DNA of 64,000 nt from Anthoceros angustus (Eukaryota; Plantae; Anthocerotophyta): positions 682,001 to 746,000 of the forward strand of contig VJWM01000063.1 of the NCBI GenBank assembly GCA_010909165.1, given 5' to 3'. The notes beneath the pieces were generated by a model. That model saw only the letters and a list, made by a program, of their open reading frames with translations. It had not been told where the DNA came from and searched no databases. Below are positions 1 through 13,900 of the stretch, one piece after another (the stretch's first letter is position 1; each line of letters begins with the position of its first letter). Both the position numbers and the translations under genes were made by a program.

Positions 1-959
1 ATCGGCAATCATTGCGGTGTTGGAGCAATACAAACATTTAAAGTTTTAGGGCTTGCAGTAATTACAGTGCGCAAACTTGTTTGCTACTCATTCATACTAG
101 TCAATCCTATGACTATACTCTCGCTCAGAATTTTACAGACTTTGTTCCTTAGACATTGGGACAATAATATCTTCTTTTTGATGCTCTTGATCCACGTCTA
201 GAGAATGAGAGTGGCATAGTGCGCACTTGAAATTTGGCCCACCAAGCGTCTCAAGATTCAAAAGATGCAAAGGTTCACTACTAGTTCAAAGTTTTAACCA
301 CTAGAAAAAAGATGAGGGTTAAGTAAAGATAAGAACATATCCACATTAGGAGCTGCACAAAAAGGTTGAAAACGTCGAAGGAACCCTTTAAAACAACAAA
401 ATATCAAAAAATACAATGAAAAATTGTCAAAATTTTAGAGCAGGCTTGGCCTTGCTCTAAAAACAATTTTAGAGCACATCGGGAGTTCCGCACATCCTCA
501 AAAGCCAAAGGACATGCTTCCCATTAGGATCATTTTCGCGTTCTTTTTGCATGCATGCACAAGTTTGCACATAAGCGTTGTTTAATGACTTATGCGCGCC
601 TAAACTGGTATACAAAACATACAAAACCACCACACGAAACTACGGACATGGAAATTATGGAACAATGAGGTCAACTTCATCACACCGACTAAATCGCCAT
701 GAACTGGAGTATAAGACGCAGCCGGTGTTGACTCTGACGAGTGGTGGGCGAATGCGAAACCGATGGATGAACACCTCGAAACCAACAAAAACCAAACCAA
801 CCCGGTTCCAAATAGGGTTGGGATTTTTCCAAAACCCTTTTGTGAGAAACCCCTTTCTAAGCAGGTATTTGTTATTTGCTCTCCTCGCTCGCTCCTCTCT
901 AATCTCGCCTTCGATTCATGTATTGCGTATTCCAAGTGCCACCGAAGTTGGATCGTGTA

Positions 960-3270
960 TACGCCCTCCATAGTTGGAAGCCGGTGGGGAGCTCAAGGTA
1001 GAAGAAGAGTCCAAGGAAGATTGGAAAGGACTCCGAGTTGGGAATTTGCGGCACGAAGATTCGGATGAAGGAGGCGTTGCAAGGAGCAAGAGGAAGGCGG
1101 TGCGGGCGATGAGGGTGACAAAAAGGAGGCAGCATAACCACACCGGATCACGGTGGTCGGAACGCAGGGAGAAGGAGGAAGGCAAGCGGGTTATCCTCTC
1201 GGTGTGGAGGGCAGTCACTTGGTGAGTTTTTATGAATGAGGAGGCGTTGCACGCACAGAAGGAAGAGTTAACTCGTGACGGGGTTCTCACCGGAAGGACA
1301 CTTTTGAGGGATACTCCTTTGGCTGTCCGGTGGGGTGGAGGCAAGTGACACACCAGTACGGGCACGAGTGGAAGGGGATGGCCCGGAGCAGCCTAATTTG
1401 GCGACTGCAGGGTCGAACTCCGAATGACTCAAACCCGTTGGATCTTCTCGACTGTCATGGCTCTCACAGCTTAGTATGCAAGTGCAGAGAAGTTGCTCAA
1501 GGAAAAGTTGGAGGTGGAGCTAGAAAAAGCAATGGGACCCTTGAGGCGGAGTGTGAAAAGTCACTAAGCAAGACAGAGGAACTAGGATTATGTCCACTAG
1601 GCCACAGTGACCCACGTAAAGGGGCGCAGCCTCATTGAGCTCAGATGAAATTGAGTCCGGGAGCAGTGGACGCCACCGGAGAAGTTCAAGAAGCTAGGAG
1701 AGGTATAAATGGGAGAGAGATGAGGCTAGGCCATGGTCAGAGAGATGGGCAAGCCGAAGAAGGAAACATCAACCACGCGGTGGTGAAAACCACCGTTGAA
1801 AGCATGCGGTGGCTAAAACGGCCACCGCTCGCGGAAGAGACTCAAGGTGGGAAGCCACCATCGAGGGCTATGAGAGGGGATCTGACTCCCAGTTCGAGGC
1901 GGCAGTCGAGGATTGTCCACGGGCGGAGAGGACCTCTTTAGCGAAAAGGCGTATTGTCACAAGCGTCTGGATGAGGATGCTCATGTCCCGACTTCCGCAT
2001 GGTGAGCGGGTGCTCATTCTAAATGTATGCGGTTGTTGGGACAAGAAGGGCGTAAAACTCGGGCGCACATCCTAACCGCCACGGGCTCCTACCTTTGAGC
2101 GGGGCGGGCGCCGTCGAAGGAACTCCTTGAGCGGGGCGGGCATACCCTCCGCAGTTGTGCTCGAGGAGATGAGCAAGGCGGGAGGCCAGGCGTGGAGGAG
2201 GCACTATGTGGTTGTCCGGTGATGAGGCGAGGCGCGTGCGCGTGGGCAGGCGGCACCTCGGAAGGAGTGAAGGGACCTCGGATAAGCGGAAGTGAGGTGG
2301 AGGTGGTAAGGAGAATCTTTGGATCGGAGGCGTAGCACAGGGAACACCCATGGGCCGCTGGGCGGCAACAATGGGAGGCGGTGATTTTAGAGGCGGCATC
2401 ATAGGGTCGGGGCTTTTCACTCGGATTAGGGATAAGGTGCTAGGAAAGCACAACAAATCAGAGTTACATGGTAGGTGGGCTTGTGGGTCACCCATTTTTT
2501 AGACAATGGGGAAGAGTGAGTTATGGCGTTAGTGGCCGGATGTAAGAGACCCTTTGCGTCTCTCTTGTTAGAAAATTTCGGTGTGACCGTGGTGGCCGAA
2601 TACCGCGAGATTGATTGGGCATCAGATTAATAGATTGATTGAGTGCCTCTAAATCACTGGATGGATGGAGGCGGTGACCAAGCTCCACAGGGTGACTAGC
2701 AGGTGAGGGCTCTCGCATCTTGGGAAGGAAGATTTCCATGAGGCCGGTGAGATCATGGTGTCTGGAATCGCTGGTCTTGACCAACTGTTTTTCTTTCCTT
2801 CAAACCATTGTCTAACATTGTGTCTAATTCCAAGGTGTCAGTGTGGCTGAGAGGGTCTGTGGCAAGGTGAGGTGGTGTGGCTGAAGGTGAGGTCTGTGTG
2901 GTCTGAGAGAGGGGGTTTGGTGAGAACATTTTGCGCGTGGTGGTGTCCGAGGGTTTAGGGTCACGTGGAAGAAAGTGGGTGAGTGAGTCGATGTGTGAAG
3001 AGGAGTCCAGAACGGTTGTGAGATAATAGGAAGTGGTGAGCGCAAGGGTCTGGAAAACGTGGAACGACTGAGGAAGATTGGGAATAAATTGTGTGGTGGG
3101 GTCAGAGGAACACAGCGACGGAGTGAGATGCCGCGGTGTGCATGGCCATGGTATGCATCTACCAGTGAGCTCTGGGTCTGAATCCACATGGGTGTGACCT
3201 GGTGTACCTGTGAATCTGTGTGCGTAGGGCCACTACCCTTAGTGGGCGTGGCAAAAGAACCGGGCGCCAA
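960..3270 (-). mobile_element. Degenerate LTR-retrotransposon-like internal region (possible gag/protease remnants, no recognisable RT or integrase)
   Basis: PBS-like TGGCGCCC on the minus strand at 3262-3269, followed by broken Pro/Ser/Thr-rich minus ORFs (2753-3187, 2019-2495) and a weak protease-like LIALDGG stretch near 1860. No RT or integrase motifs seen. Confidence 0.35.
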
Positions 3271-3414
3271 ATAGTCGATCGCGACGCGCGCGCGCCGGTC
3301 AGGTGGGTCCCACCACCGTGGCTGAATCAGCCAGCGATGGCGAACCCACCACGGTGGCCTTACTGCAGTGGTGGACTGGACCAGATGGGCAATTTGGGTA
3401 AAGGCCGTTAGACT

Positions 3415-3752
3415 GACAGAATCAGTGGTTTTGGAACATCTTGACGCAAAACCATTCCCTTGGGAAGATCTCGACTATAACAACATAGAGGATGAAGGAT
3501 CGTGTGGCAACATGATGGTGGAAGAGGAGAGGAGAGGAGGAGGCAAGTGTAGCTCTCTCACATTGAGATGAGGCTTGGAGGGTTTATACCCTCCAATGGC
3601 TCCTAGGAAGCTCCACAAGAAGCCCCTAGGAAGGAGCACAAGAAGCTTCCTAGTGATTAGCTTAAACTAATGATACTTAATCGACACCTAACTTAGACTA
3701 AGTGTATTAGTCTAAGTACATTGGGCTTTAATACCCTTACAACCTCCCACTT
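3415..3752 (-). repeat. Probable polypurine tract and 3' LTR of the adjacent copia element
   Basis: After the RNase H end the minus strand reads AAGTGGGAGG (3743-3752), then TGTAAGGG starting at 3741, with a TATA-like GGTATAAACC at 3581-3590. The left boundary is uncertain. Confidence 0.5.
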
Positions 3753-3759
3753 AAAGGCC

Positions 3760-6700
3760 AATTTACCAGAGAATGGACTATCTCATGCCCATCGTCAAGC
3801 TTGTGCAAATTGCTCGTAGAGTCCCTTGGTAAGAATATCTGCGGGTTACGGTGGTGTGAACCTTGACAAGTTGTACCCTCTTGTCATCCCTCTCGAATGA
3901 AGTGATACTTCACATCCACATGTTTAGTCTTCGCATGAAACACGGATTCTTTGCCAATTGGATAGCACTCGCTATCACAATGCAACACGACTCAACCTTG
4001 ATCCCCAAGTCTCCCACTAAGCAGCAAGCCATATGGCTTCCTTGCAAGCCTCGATTCTTTTCAACATACTCCTCTGTGGTAGATAGCGTAATGCACGGCG
4101 CAGATCGCCATGAGGCGCCCCTCCGTGCACGTGAAGACATAACTGATGTGGACCTCCTTTTCCATATCCCCGCATAATCGCATCTGTACCCAACCACATG
4201 CATCTTCACTACCAAAACATATGCACAAAGCTTTTGTACCATTCGGATACCTCATAACTCCTTTTTCACGCCTCCCAATGCTTCTTGCCGGGGTTTGACA
4301 TAAACACTAACCACTCCCGCAAAGGCAATGTCGGACGTAGCAATCATTGCATACATCAAACTCCCTACGGTGATGAGTATGGGACCTTCTCCATTTCGAC
4401 TTTGTCCTCCTCGAGCTTGGGCAATCCGCGCAGAAAGTTTCACATATGGAGGCAATGGAGTACCCAATGGCTTCCCTTCTCCATGTTGAAGCGTTGAAGC
4501 ACCAGTTAATGTATTAAAATGCGAGACAAATAAAGCGGCTTATGTCATTCGCGAATCATGCCAAGTATGGCTCGCCTCTCCCAAGTCTGTCATTTCAAAG
4601 TGAGCATTCAACTTTGACTTCATGAAATCTCATCGATCTGTTCCGACAATTAGCATATCATCCACATAGAGGATCAAAATGAGCAAGCTTTGATCCTTAG
4701 CTTCGTATAGAGGCAATGATCCTCATCGCTTCGTTTGTAGCCTTGAGAAAGCATAAATGAGTGGAACTTGTGATACCACTCTGGGTGCTGTTAAACCATA
4801 AAGGCTCTTCCTCAACGCACACGGATGCTCTTTGCCCTTCTCAACAAAACCTTACGGTTGCGTAGGCGTCCTCTTGAAGGTCACCATGCAAGAATGCCGT
4901 CTTGACATCCATCGCACAAGTTCCATATCATTCACAGCAACCAAAGCAAGAACACATCGCAGTTGTCATTTTGACTCGGTGAGAAAATCTCATCAAAGTC
5001 AATGCGTTGTTGCTTGAAACCCTTAGCAACCAACGTGCCTTGTACTTTGGTTTGCCATCAAGGGTATGACCTTCATCTTGTACACCCATTTGCAGTGAGT
5101 GCCTTCTTATCTAAACAGCGGAACCAACTCCCAAGTTTGGTTCTTATGCGTAATTCATTTATTTGGCCTTCTCCCACTTCTCTTTGTTACTCATTGACAT
5201 GGCCTCTTTGTAAGAAGGGTTCCCCAATCTGTCGATAACATAATCCGAGATGGATCATACATCGAGGTCGTGTAATCTGCCTCCCACGAGCACCTCTATA
5301 GGTGCTTGTTCGACTCTTGGTTCATCTACGGTGGAGGAATGTGCTCACACATTACCACATCACACCCATGATGATCATGTCCATCTTCTTGGAAGATCAC
5401 CCGCACCTCCACAGTTGGAGTAGGCTTCCTGCATCTTGTTCTCATTGAAGAACACGTCGTTAGTACTGAACAACCTTTCTAGCCTCGGATCCCAGCGGTA
5501 TCCCATCTCACGGAATCACCATAGCCAAGAAAAATACATTTCTTGGACTTAGGTGCCAACTTGTCCGAAACTCTTTTGGAACATGGCGGTATGCCTCACG
5601 ACCAAACACTCGCAGATGCTTGTAGGATGGTTTCTTTCGGACCATAGCTCCTCTGGAACTGCTCATCAAATTAGGAGATCAGATGAAGCAGTGAACATAC
5701 GCCCAAAACCCATTAGGCAATCCGAGTTTGACAACAAAGCATCCTCTCTGAATGGTTACATTCATCCTCGGCCACACCATTTTGTGTGGAGGTATGTAGC
5801 GATCAATTCTCTTTTGATTCCCTTGGAATCACAGAATGGACTGAAAGCTTTTAAACATACTCGCCACCATTATCGTCCTTAGACACTTCAATCGGTGGCG
5901 GGGATTCTCTACAAGGGTGACAAATTTACGAAACACCGTCGAACTTCATCCTTTTTCCTCAAAGGATAAACCCACACCTTGCGTGAAATCATCTATGAAA
6001 GTGACAAAATAGGAGGCACCGCCTAATGATGCATGAGCATAGGTCCACATACATCACGTGAACCAACTCAAGAGGTTTACTCCTACTTTTACCTCGTGTT
6101 CGATGTGATGATTTTGTCATTTCCCATATAAGCAGTGCTCACACATCGAGATCGAGAAGTTAAGAAACGAGGATATAACGAGCGAGATAAAACCTTCATT
6201 CCCTTCGAGACATATGTCCTAGCAGCAATGCCACAAGGAAACATTTGGTCTTTCATCACCACAGATGATCTTTGGATGTTTACGAAGTGAGTACAAAGTG
6301 CCACACTTGATCCACGAGCTAACACAAGAGAACCTTTGGAGATCTTCCAAGAGTGATCCCCAAACCGGTAAGCATCATCCAAGCATCTGCGCTAATCATG
6401 CTCTTTGTCAACTTGAACATGCCTAACGTCCTTGACATGAATGAAGATCCGTTGTCAAACTTGAGTTGCACATCACCTCGCTGCGATCGCATGCGTAGTT
6501 ATTTCAAGCCTAACGCATCCTTTCCTTGTAGCATCATCGTGCTAAACCACTCTATGAGGAGTAACATGGAAAGATGCGAGTCAATTATCCAATTGCGAAT
6601 AAATGACTATCCACATTAATTATGCGGCATTCAAGTAAGAAGAGATAAGGACATCTCCGTCCTCAGAGTTAACTCTTCCAACTGACACGAAGTCGCCTTC

Positions 6701-6995
6701 TTGTCGTCTGCTTCTTCTCTTTTCCTTGGTCCTTTTGAACTTCTGCACTCTCTTTTGAAGTGACCCCTTTTGTGACAATAGTGACACTCCACATTCTTAT
6801 TACGACTACGATTTGCTGAGAAGCTTGTCCGGTTGCTTCCCCCGATGGACCTCCCTCTCACTATGAGAGCCTTTGGAACCTTTGGAAGGTTATGTTTTCT
6901 GTTCACCTCCTCGATTAGCAGGCTACCTTCTACATTTACAATGGTAAGACCACTAGCGAGGCGAGTGTACTCAAGGTGTCCCAACTCTCGTAATG
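3760..6995 (-). mobile_element. Ty1/copia retrotransposon (gag C-terminus, protease, integrase, RT, RNase H), frameshifted and 5'-truncated
   Basis: Minus-strand motifs in copia order: gag ESWDT..LTIVNVEGSLL, CCHC knuckle ECHYCHKRGHFKREC (~6750-6790), protease WIIDS (~6580), integrase YFVTFIDD..RKVWVYPL (~5960-6010), RT LYVDDML (~4650-4670), RNase H ADILTK (~3825-3842). Confidence 0.92.
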
Positions 6996-9050
6996 TGACC
7001 ACTTGAAACATAGCTCTCACGGAATAACGGACAGCGGTATGGCCAGGAAAGGTTGAAAAGGGTTGCGGATCGGGAGTTGAGGAGGACTGTCGACGCACTT
7101 TGGAAGGCGGAGGGAGTAAGGGAATCCGAGAAGGGTCCGATCTTGTTGGAGCAAGATCCCCAATCTCTAGTCTTGGACGAGGTACCATGGCCGAGGAACC
7201 TTGATCCAACCTTGTCTTCTGACCTCTCTTCTAGGCAGTGTCGCCGGTCAATCAACTCTCGCAGTAACGTTGTTAGAATACCGCTTCCGAATCACCACGG
7301 TCATGTCCACCATCTTGGTCGCCACCACCAACCTTACCCGTTGTATGGCGAGGAGAAGGGGTATGAGGATCCTGACGAGTTTGTTGAGCATTTTGAGCAG
7401 CTGACATTTGCAAACCAGGAAGTGGGCGATGCACAGCGCATCTAGCTGTTCTATGGAGTACTTCGGGGAGGGCCGGTAAAGTGGTACAGACGCGAGTACC
7501 TCAAGTCATCCACGCCCCCAGCCACCTTTGAAGAATTGAAAAACGCCTTTTGTGAGAGGTTTAGGGGAATTGACATGGAGTGCTATGTTTTGTCCCCATA
7601 TAAGCAGTGCTCACACATCGATCGAGAGAAGTTAAAACGAGGATATAACGAGATAAAACCTTCATTCCCTTCGAGACATATGTCCTAAGCAATGCCACAA
7701 GGAAACATTTGGCTGCTTTCATGCAGATCACATGATCTTTGGCATGTTTACAGTGAGTACAAAGTGCCACACTTGATCCACGCTAACACAAGAGAACCTT
7801 TGGAGATCTTCCAAGTGATCCCAAACCAGGTGATGGTAACGCATCATCCAATCTGCGCTAATCATGCTCTCAACTTGCTTGAACCTAACGTCCTTGAATG
7901 AATGATCCGTTGTCAAACTTGAGTTGCACATCACCTCGCTGCGATCGCATATAGTTATTTCCAAGCCTAACGCATCCTTTCCTTGTAGCATCATACGTGT
8001 TAAACCACTCTCTATGAGGAGTAACATGGAAAGATGCAGTCAATTATCCAATTGCGGAATAAATGACTATCCACGGTGTGCGCATTCAAGTAAGAGATAA
8101 GGACATCTCCGTCCTCAGAGTTTAACTCTTCCAACGGCGAGTCGCCTTCTTGTCGTCACTTCTTCTCTTTTCCTTGGTCCTTTTGAACTTCGCACTCTCT
8201 TTTGAAGTGACCCCTTTTGTGACAATAGTGACACTCCACATTCTTATTCGACTACGATTTGCTACGAGAAGCTTACATCCGGTTGCTTCCCCTTGGTGGA
8301 CCTCCCTCTCACTATGACCTTTGGAACCTTTGGAAGGTTCCATGTTTTCTATTCACCTCCTCTCGGTTAACGAGGCTACCTTCTACATTTACAATGGTAA
8401 GACCACTAGCGAGGCGAGTGCTGTATGCGAAGGTGTCCCAACTCTCGTAATGTGACCAGCGAAACATAGCTCTCACAGATGCAGGGCGTGGCCGCAAAGC
8501 GTGAAAGGTTGAAAAGGGCTGCGGATCGGGAGTTGAGGAGGACCCAATCGAGGACGCACTGCGGAAGGCGGAGGGGAGGCGTAATAATCCCACTGTGAGT
8601 CCGATCTTGTTGGAGCAAGATCCCCAATCTCTAGTCTTGGACGAGGTACCATGGCCGAACCTGATCCAACCTTGTCTTGACTCTCTTCTAGACGTTGCAG
8701 ATGTTGCATCAATCAACTCTCAGTAACGCTGCTGAATCCCACGCTTCCGAATCACCACTGTGAGTCATGTCCACCATGAAGGTTTGGCAACCACCAAGCA
8801 ACCCACCTGCTATGGCGAGGAGAAGGGGTATGAGGATCCCGGAGTTTGTTGAGCATTTTGAGCAGCTGACATTTGCAAACCAGAAAGTGGGCGATGCACA
8901 ATCTAGGCTGATTAATGGAGTACTGGGAGGGTAAAGTGGTACAGACGCGAGTACCTCAAGTCATCCACGCCCCCAGCCACCTTTGAAGAATTGAAAAACG
9001 CCTTTTGTGAGAGGTTTAGGGGAATTGACATGGAGTGCTATGTTTTGTCC
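6124..9050. repeat. Tandem duplication A (~1.46 kb unit; 6124-7595 and 7596-9050)
   Basis: CCATATAAGCAGTGCTCACACATCG occurs at 6124 and 7596. Both units end in GAGTGCTATGTTTTGTCC. Copies differ mainly by small indels. Confidence 0.9.
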
Positions 9051-10910
9051 AAGCTTGAGAGCTTGCATAGAGAAAGGAAGGAAACCTTGCAAGCGTATGT
9101 TGAGAGGTTTCACGACCATGTGGTAGATCCTATCATCTCGAGCTGCAGGCAATACGGTGGTTCGCTAAGGGCTTGGGTTCTAAGATGGGGAGACACGTAA
9201 GGTTGCAAGCGGAGAAGAATTTGGGCAAAGCTATCAAGGCGGCATTGAACTACGAGGAATCTAACCCGCAGGAGATGAAGAAGTTGAGGAGGGAGGAGAA
9301 GAACTAAGAAGGACATGAAGAAGTCCAAAACGGGGAGAAAGAAAAGGGATTCCTCATCCTCCTCGGAAGAAAGTTCCACAGGAGAGGAGAGCTCCTCAGA
9401 GGATTCCACAGAGAATTCCATGGAGGAAGAAACGAGTGACAACTCGGAGGAAGATTCGTCAGATGAGGAGCGCGCCAGGAGGAAAAAGAAGAAATCAAGG
9501 GGTGAAGTGGAAGGGAAGAAGAGCTGCGTGTGAGAAAACAAAGAGCTGGCAAGGGCGAAACAAGAGGTGGTGTATGCAAAAAAGAACGCGGAGCAAGCAA
9601 GGAAGGAGGCTGAGGCGGCAGCCAAGAAAGTGGAACAACAGTGAAACAAGATGGAGGAGATGATGGCGAAATTTGAGAAATTTCATCTTAATGCGGTGAA
9701 GGAGCATGAGAGACGGAGGGCTGCCACGAATCCACGGGCTAACCTCTTCTGTTCGACTTGTGGACGGCAAGGGCACTCCAAGGCTAACTGTCCGACAACT
9801 AAGGTGCACCTGCTAAGATATGAGGAGGAAGAGCAGGAAATCCCTGTGGAGGATACATATCAGATCCAAGAAGTTCAGCCAAATCAAAGGTACCCGAAAA
9901 CTGTGTATCCCTCCAACTTACGGCTCCGCGAGAATGGGCGTCCGCAATCAGCTGGCACAAAACAATAATCAGTTGGGCACTGTCTTGTGCTACAACTATC
10001 GCAACCTTGGGCACTATAAGATAGCTGCCCCCGCCAACCTCAATGTGTGGCAATGGGGATTTTGACAAGTTGTGCCAGGATTGCAAGCGGCAGTGTGTGC
10101 TCCGCCAAAACCCTAGAAAAAAATGGGGTGATTGACCACCGATGGGGTCCAGCCGGCTTTAGGCCAAAATTCAGTGCCTGCCACGCATGTAGAGGATGCG
10201 CTTATGGCTGTGTGGGAGGATGCCGAAGTTAAGGCCCTAAGGAGCCTAGAAGGTTTGGATGCCATGGATAGCGATTATTATGGGGAAGCATCCGCCATGG
10301 CTGTTCGGACGCGGAGCTCAAAAGCGAAGGAAAAGAGAAGGGGGGGAAAGAAAAGAAGGAAGGGGCGACACCACCATGGCTCCTGATGAGGAGGAGCCTC
10401 ACTTGGCGTCAGCGAAATACTAAATTTGCGTAAACAAAGGCAGACGGAGGTGACCCGAGGCACATCGTATGTTGGCAGGAACAAACTCCAGGGAGATGGC
10501 ATGCGTGAAACATGTAGGCTGCCCATGAACGAACGTGGAAATTCGAAGGAGGGGGTATATGGGAAGGAATTGCCAAGGAAAGTGGTCGTAGAAGGCTCGG
10601 CTTCACAAACTCCAGTGGAAACTACCAAGCAAGAAAAAGCTGAGTTGGGGTTTCCACCAGACGTGCGGGAAGAGGTTATGGATATGATCCATGAGGAGTT
10701 AGGGCAGTGGTGAACCGGGCACCAGCCCTACCTCCCACCGTAGTCCTGCACCGAGAGAGCCATCAGATTTTGAGCACTACCACTTGCCGGGCGAGAACCA
10801 ACACAAACCCTGGTGGAGGGAAGGAACGAGCAAGTGCTCCTTTTAACTTAGCGGAAGCCATCATGGACCAGCGTTTCATGATCACATTCGGACAACTCCT
10901 TAGAGATAAG
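6995..10910 (+). mobile_element. Ty3/gypsy-type gag region, truncated before protease/RT; 5' part duplicated and interleaved with a second copia fragment (~7596-8450)
   Basis: Retrotransposon gag motifs YEDPDEFVEHFEQL, KWYRREYL..TFEELKNAFCERF and RKETLQAYVERF; zinc knuckle FCSTCGRQGHSKANCP (~9745-9795); pre-protease-like PFNLAEAIMDQRFMITFGQLL (~10840-10900). Confidence 0.8.
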
Positions 10911-13900
10911 TGACCGTTCGGTAGACAAACCCTAAACAATTAACCTGTAGCCATGGTGATATGAACAACCCTAGCGGGTTAACCCTAGAGGGTTTGACAC
11001 ACCCCCTTAACCACGTCGCTGGTTAATATAGTAACAGGAGTTGTTTGGCGAGACTGTGGAGATGGTGGGGACAATTGTGCTTGCCGTGAATTCTGTGCAC
11101 CCTAGCAATCACGATCTTCCTGCTGCTAAGGTATTGGAGTCTCCAGTGTTTCTTAGCATAGGGGTATGTCTCCGAACCCCATTTTGGCCCCAACCATCCA
11201 GAAATGCACATGTCTCATTTCACTTGTTTTATGATTTGCGAACCTGACCCATGCATCCGAGCCCAAAGAAGACCTAATGTGCCCATCGCACAAATGCGGA
11301 CACACCTTTGTACCAAGTGGTAGGATGGTGGCATATGCTCAAAATTTGAGTGCAGACGTCGGCCTTATACTCAAGAGGTGCAATACCGGGTTTGGAGGGT
11401 TGCGTCAATACTTGTGTGGCAAGCACTTTCGTTCAAGTTGCTTGTGCACACTTGCCGCACTCACATCAATTCTCTTTTCAAACCCCGTGATTGAGCAATC
11501 CCAGGGCGGGGCATGCTGGCCCCTCGTGTCGAGATAAGCGCACTTAGATCTGCATTGGGCCCATGAGCGAATTGGACAAGGTAAAGGATGGTGAGGCCTC
11601 CTCAACCGTTCTTGATCAAACTCTTGAGCTTACATTTCTTCTTGTCAAGTCCATCTTTCAACCTTAATCTATCCATGGGTGGCACATGGAGCAAGTCGGA
11701 TCTTAAATTCAAAATCTCTGGCGAAGCTTGGCTATAGTTAGTCTCTGAACACCTATTGCGCCCACAGTGTAGGCGTCACGGTGGGTATAGACAGGTCCTC
11801 CTTGAGCCTCACTGAAATACTCAGCCATTTGGTCAAAACCCCATTTCGGGCGACCCTCTTTCTTGAATACTCGTGGCTCTCACTAGGGCTCGCGGTGGCG
11901 AGCGGATGCTCTCTTATACTTGTGTTGACATCAAGCGGGGCTTTACTCAAGGAAAAATCATCTATTCTATTTATTTTCTTCTCCGCAAAACATTGTGAAA
12001 CATTATGCGTCTTCAAAAGGTTGGCCATTAGAAACCACCATCATACATGTCGAATTTTGGAAAATGTAGCTCATCTAGAAACCAAGGCCTATCTCATCGT
12101 GCATCAAACTCGAATGAGCGGACATTTGGCGCACCAATCAAAGAGATCCATGCAAGTCATCGGTGGGCATAGAGTAAGGCCAAAAGGTTTTACATGTTGT
12201 ATACAAAGCGAATGTGGGAATATAACATCAACCAACAAATGATTTTCAAAAATAATATTCATGACGCCTAGATCGGGATGATTTACAAATTTTTCAAACC
12301 ACTAAAATCAACACTCCATCCTAGTATTGATCGCCTCTAGGTTGCTTGATGGAGTTGTTACAAAGTTTTCAAAGCGCCAAAACAAGCAAGCCATCCTAGT
12401 ACTAATCGACCCAAGAGTGCATAGCAAGTTCTCAAAAGCACCAAAGTCAAGCACCCATCCCGTCTGCGGTCAGGTTTGAGTTCTTATGCCAGTATCTATC
12501 TACCTATCGGCGGATACAAACAATATATATAAATTTGCGGACGTCCGTGCATCCTCCACCATTTCCATCTCGCTGGGCGCCCAAGATTGGGGTCTCCAAA
12601 ATCGCCGGACGTCCGCGCGAGCTTCGAGACTCGCCAATGTGCAGCGTCCGGCGCATTGTTCCAATTCCTTCTATGTTTTCACTCTAACAATGGAGATCCC
12701 GGGTTGTGTACTCACAGTGCACAGGGCGTCGGCTACTTTTAGAGTCGTAGTTTGGTCCTCTCGTGAACCGGGCACCAGCCCTACCTCCCCACCGTAGTCC
12801 TGCACCGAGAGAGCCATCAGATTTTGAGCACTACCACTTGCCGGGCGAGAACCAACACAAACCCCGTGGAGGGAAGGAACGAGCAAGTGCTCCTTTTAAC
12901 TTAGCTGGAAGCCATCATGGACCGCTTCATGATCACATTCTTGACAACTCCTTAGAGATAAGTGGTACCGCTCTAGAGACAAACCCTAAAACAATTAACT
13001 CTGTAGCCATGGTGATATGAACAACCCTAGCGGGTTAACCCTAGGGGTTTGACACACCCCCATAACCACGCCGGGGTTAATATAGTAACAGGAGTTGTTT
13101 GGCGGGGCGTAGGATGTGGGGACAATTGTGCTTGCATGAATTACAGGCACCTAGCAATCACGATCTTCCGCTAAGGTATTGAGTCTCGAGCTTTCTTAGC
13201 ATAGGGGTATGTCTCGAACCCATTTTATTTAACCATCCGAAATGCACATGTCTCATTTCAACATTTCGATGATTTGAACCCACCCATGCATCAAGCCCAA
13301 GGAAGACCTAATGTATACCGTCACAAATAGCACACCTTTGTACCAAGTGGCGGATGATGGCACTTATGCTCAAAAAATTTGGAGTGCATGACGTCCGCAC
13401 TTATACTCAAGAGGTGCAATACCGGGTTTGGAGAGGGTTGCGTCAATACTTGTTCAAGCTTGTGCACTTGCCACCGCACCAACACTCACATCAATTCTCT
13501 TTTCAAACCCGTGATTCAGCAATCGGGTCGACTGGCCCCTCAGTGTCGGAGATAAGCCGCACTTAGATCTGCATTGGTTGGGCGAGGGTGGACAAGGTAA
13601 AGGATGGTGAGGCCTCCTCAACCGTTCTTGATCAAACTCTTGAGCTTACATTTCTTCTTGTCAAGTCCATCGCTTTCAACCTTAATCTATCCATGGGTGG
13701 CACATGGAGCAAGTCGGATCTTAAATTCAAAATCTCTGGCGAAGCTTGGCTAGTCTCACAACACCTAGGCGCCCACGGTATGTGGGCGTCACGGTATAGA
13801 GTCCTCCTTGAGCCTCACTGAAATACTCGCCATTTGGTCAAAACCCCGGCTCGACCAGCCCTCTTTCTTCGAGATACTCTGGCTCTCACTAGGGCTCGTG

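Noticed and set aside
9110-9663. Standalone Ser/Glu/Lys-rich host protein
   Set aside because: It lies between the gag core and the zinc knuckle of the gypsy-type element; the minus-strand ORFs are shadows of low-complexity sequence.
10925-10995. Interstitial telomere
   Set aside because: Only isolated AAACCCT/AACCCTA units, not a tandem array.
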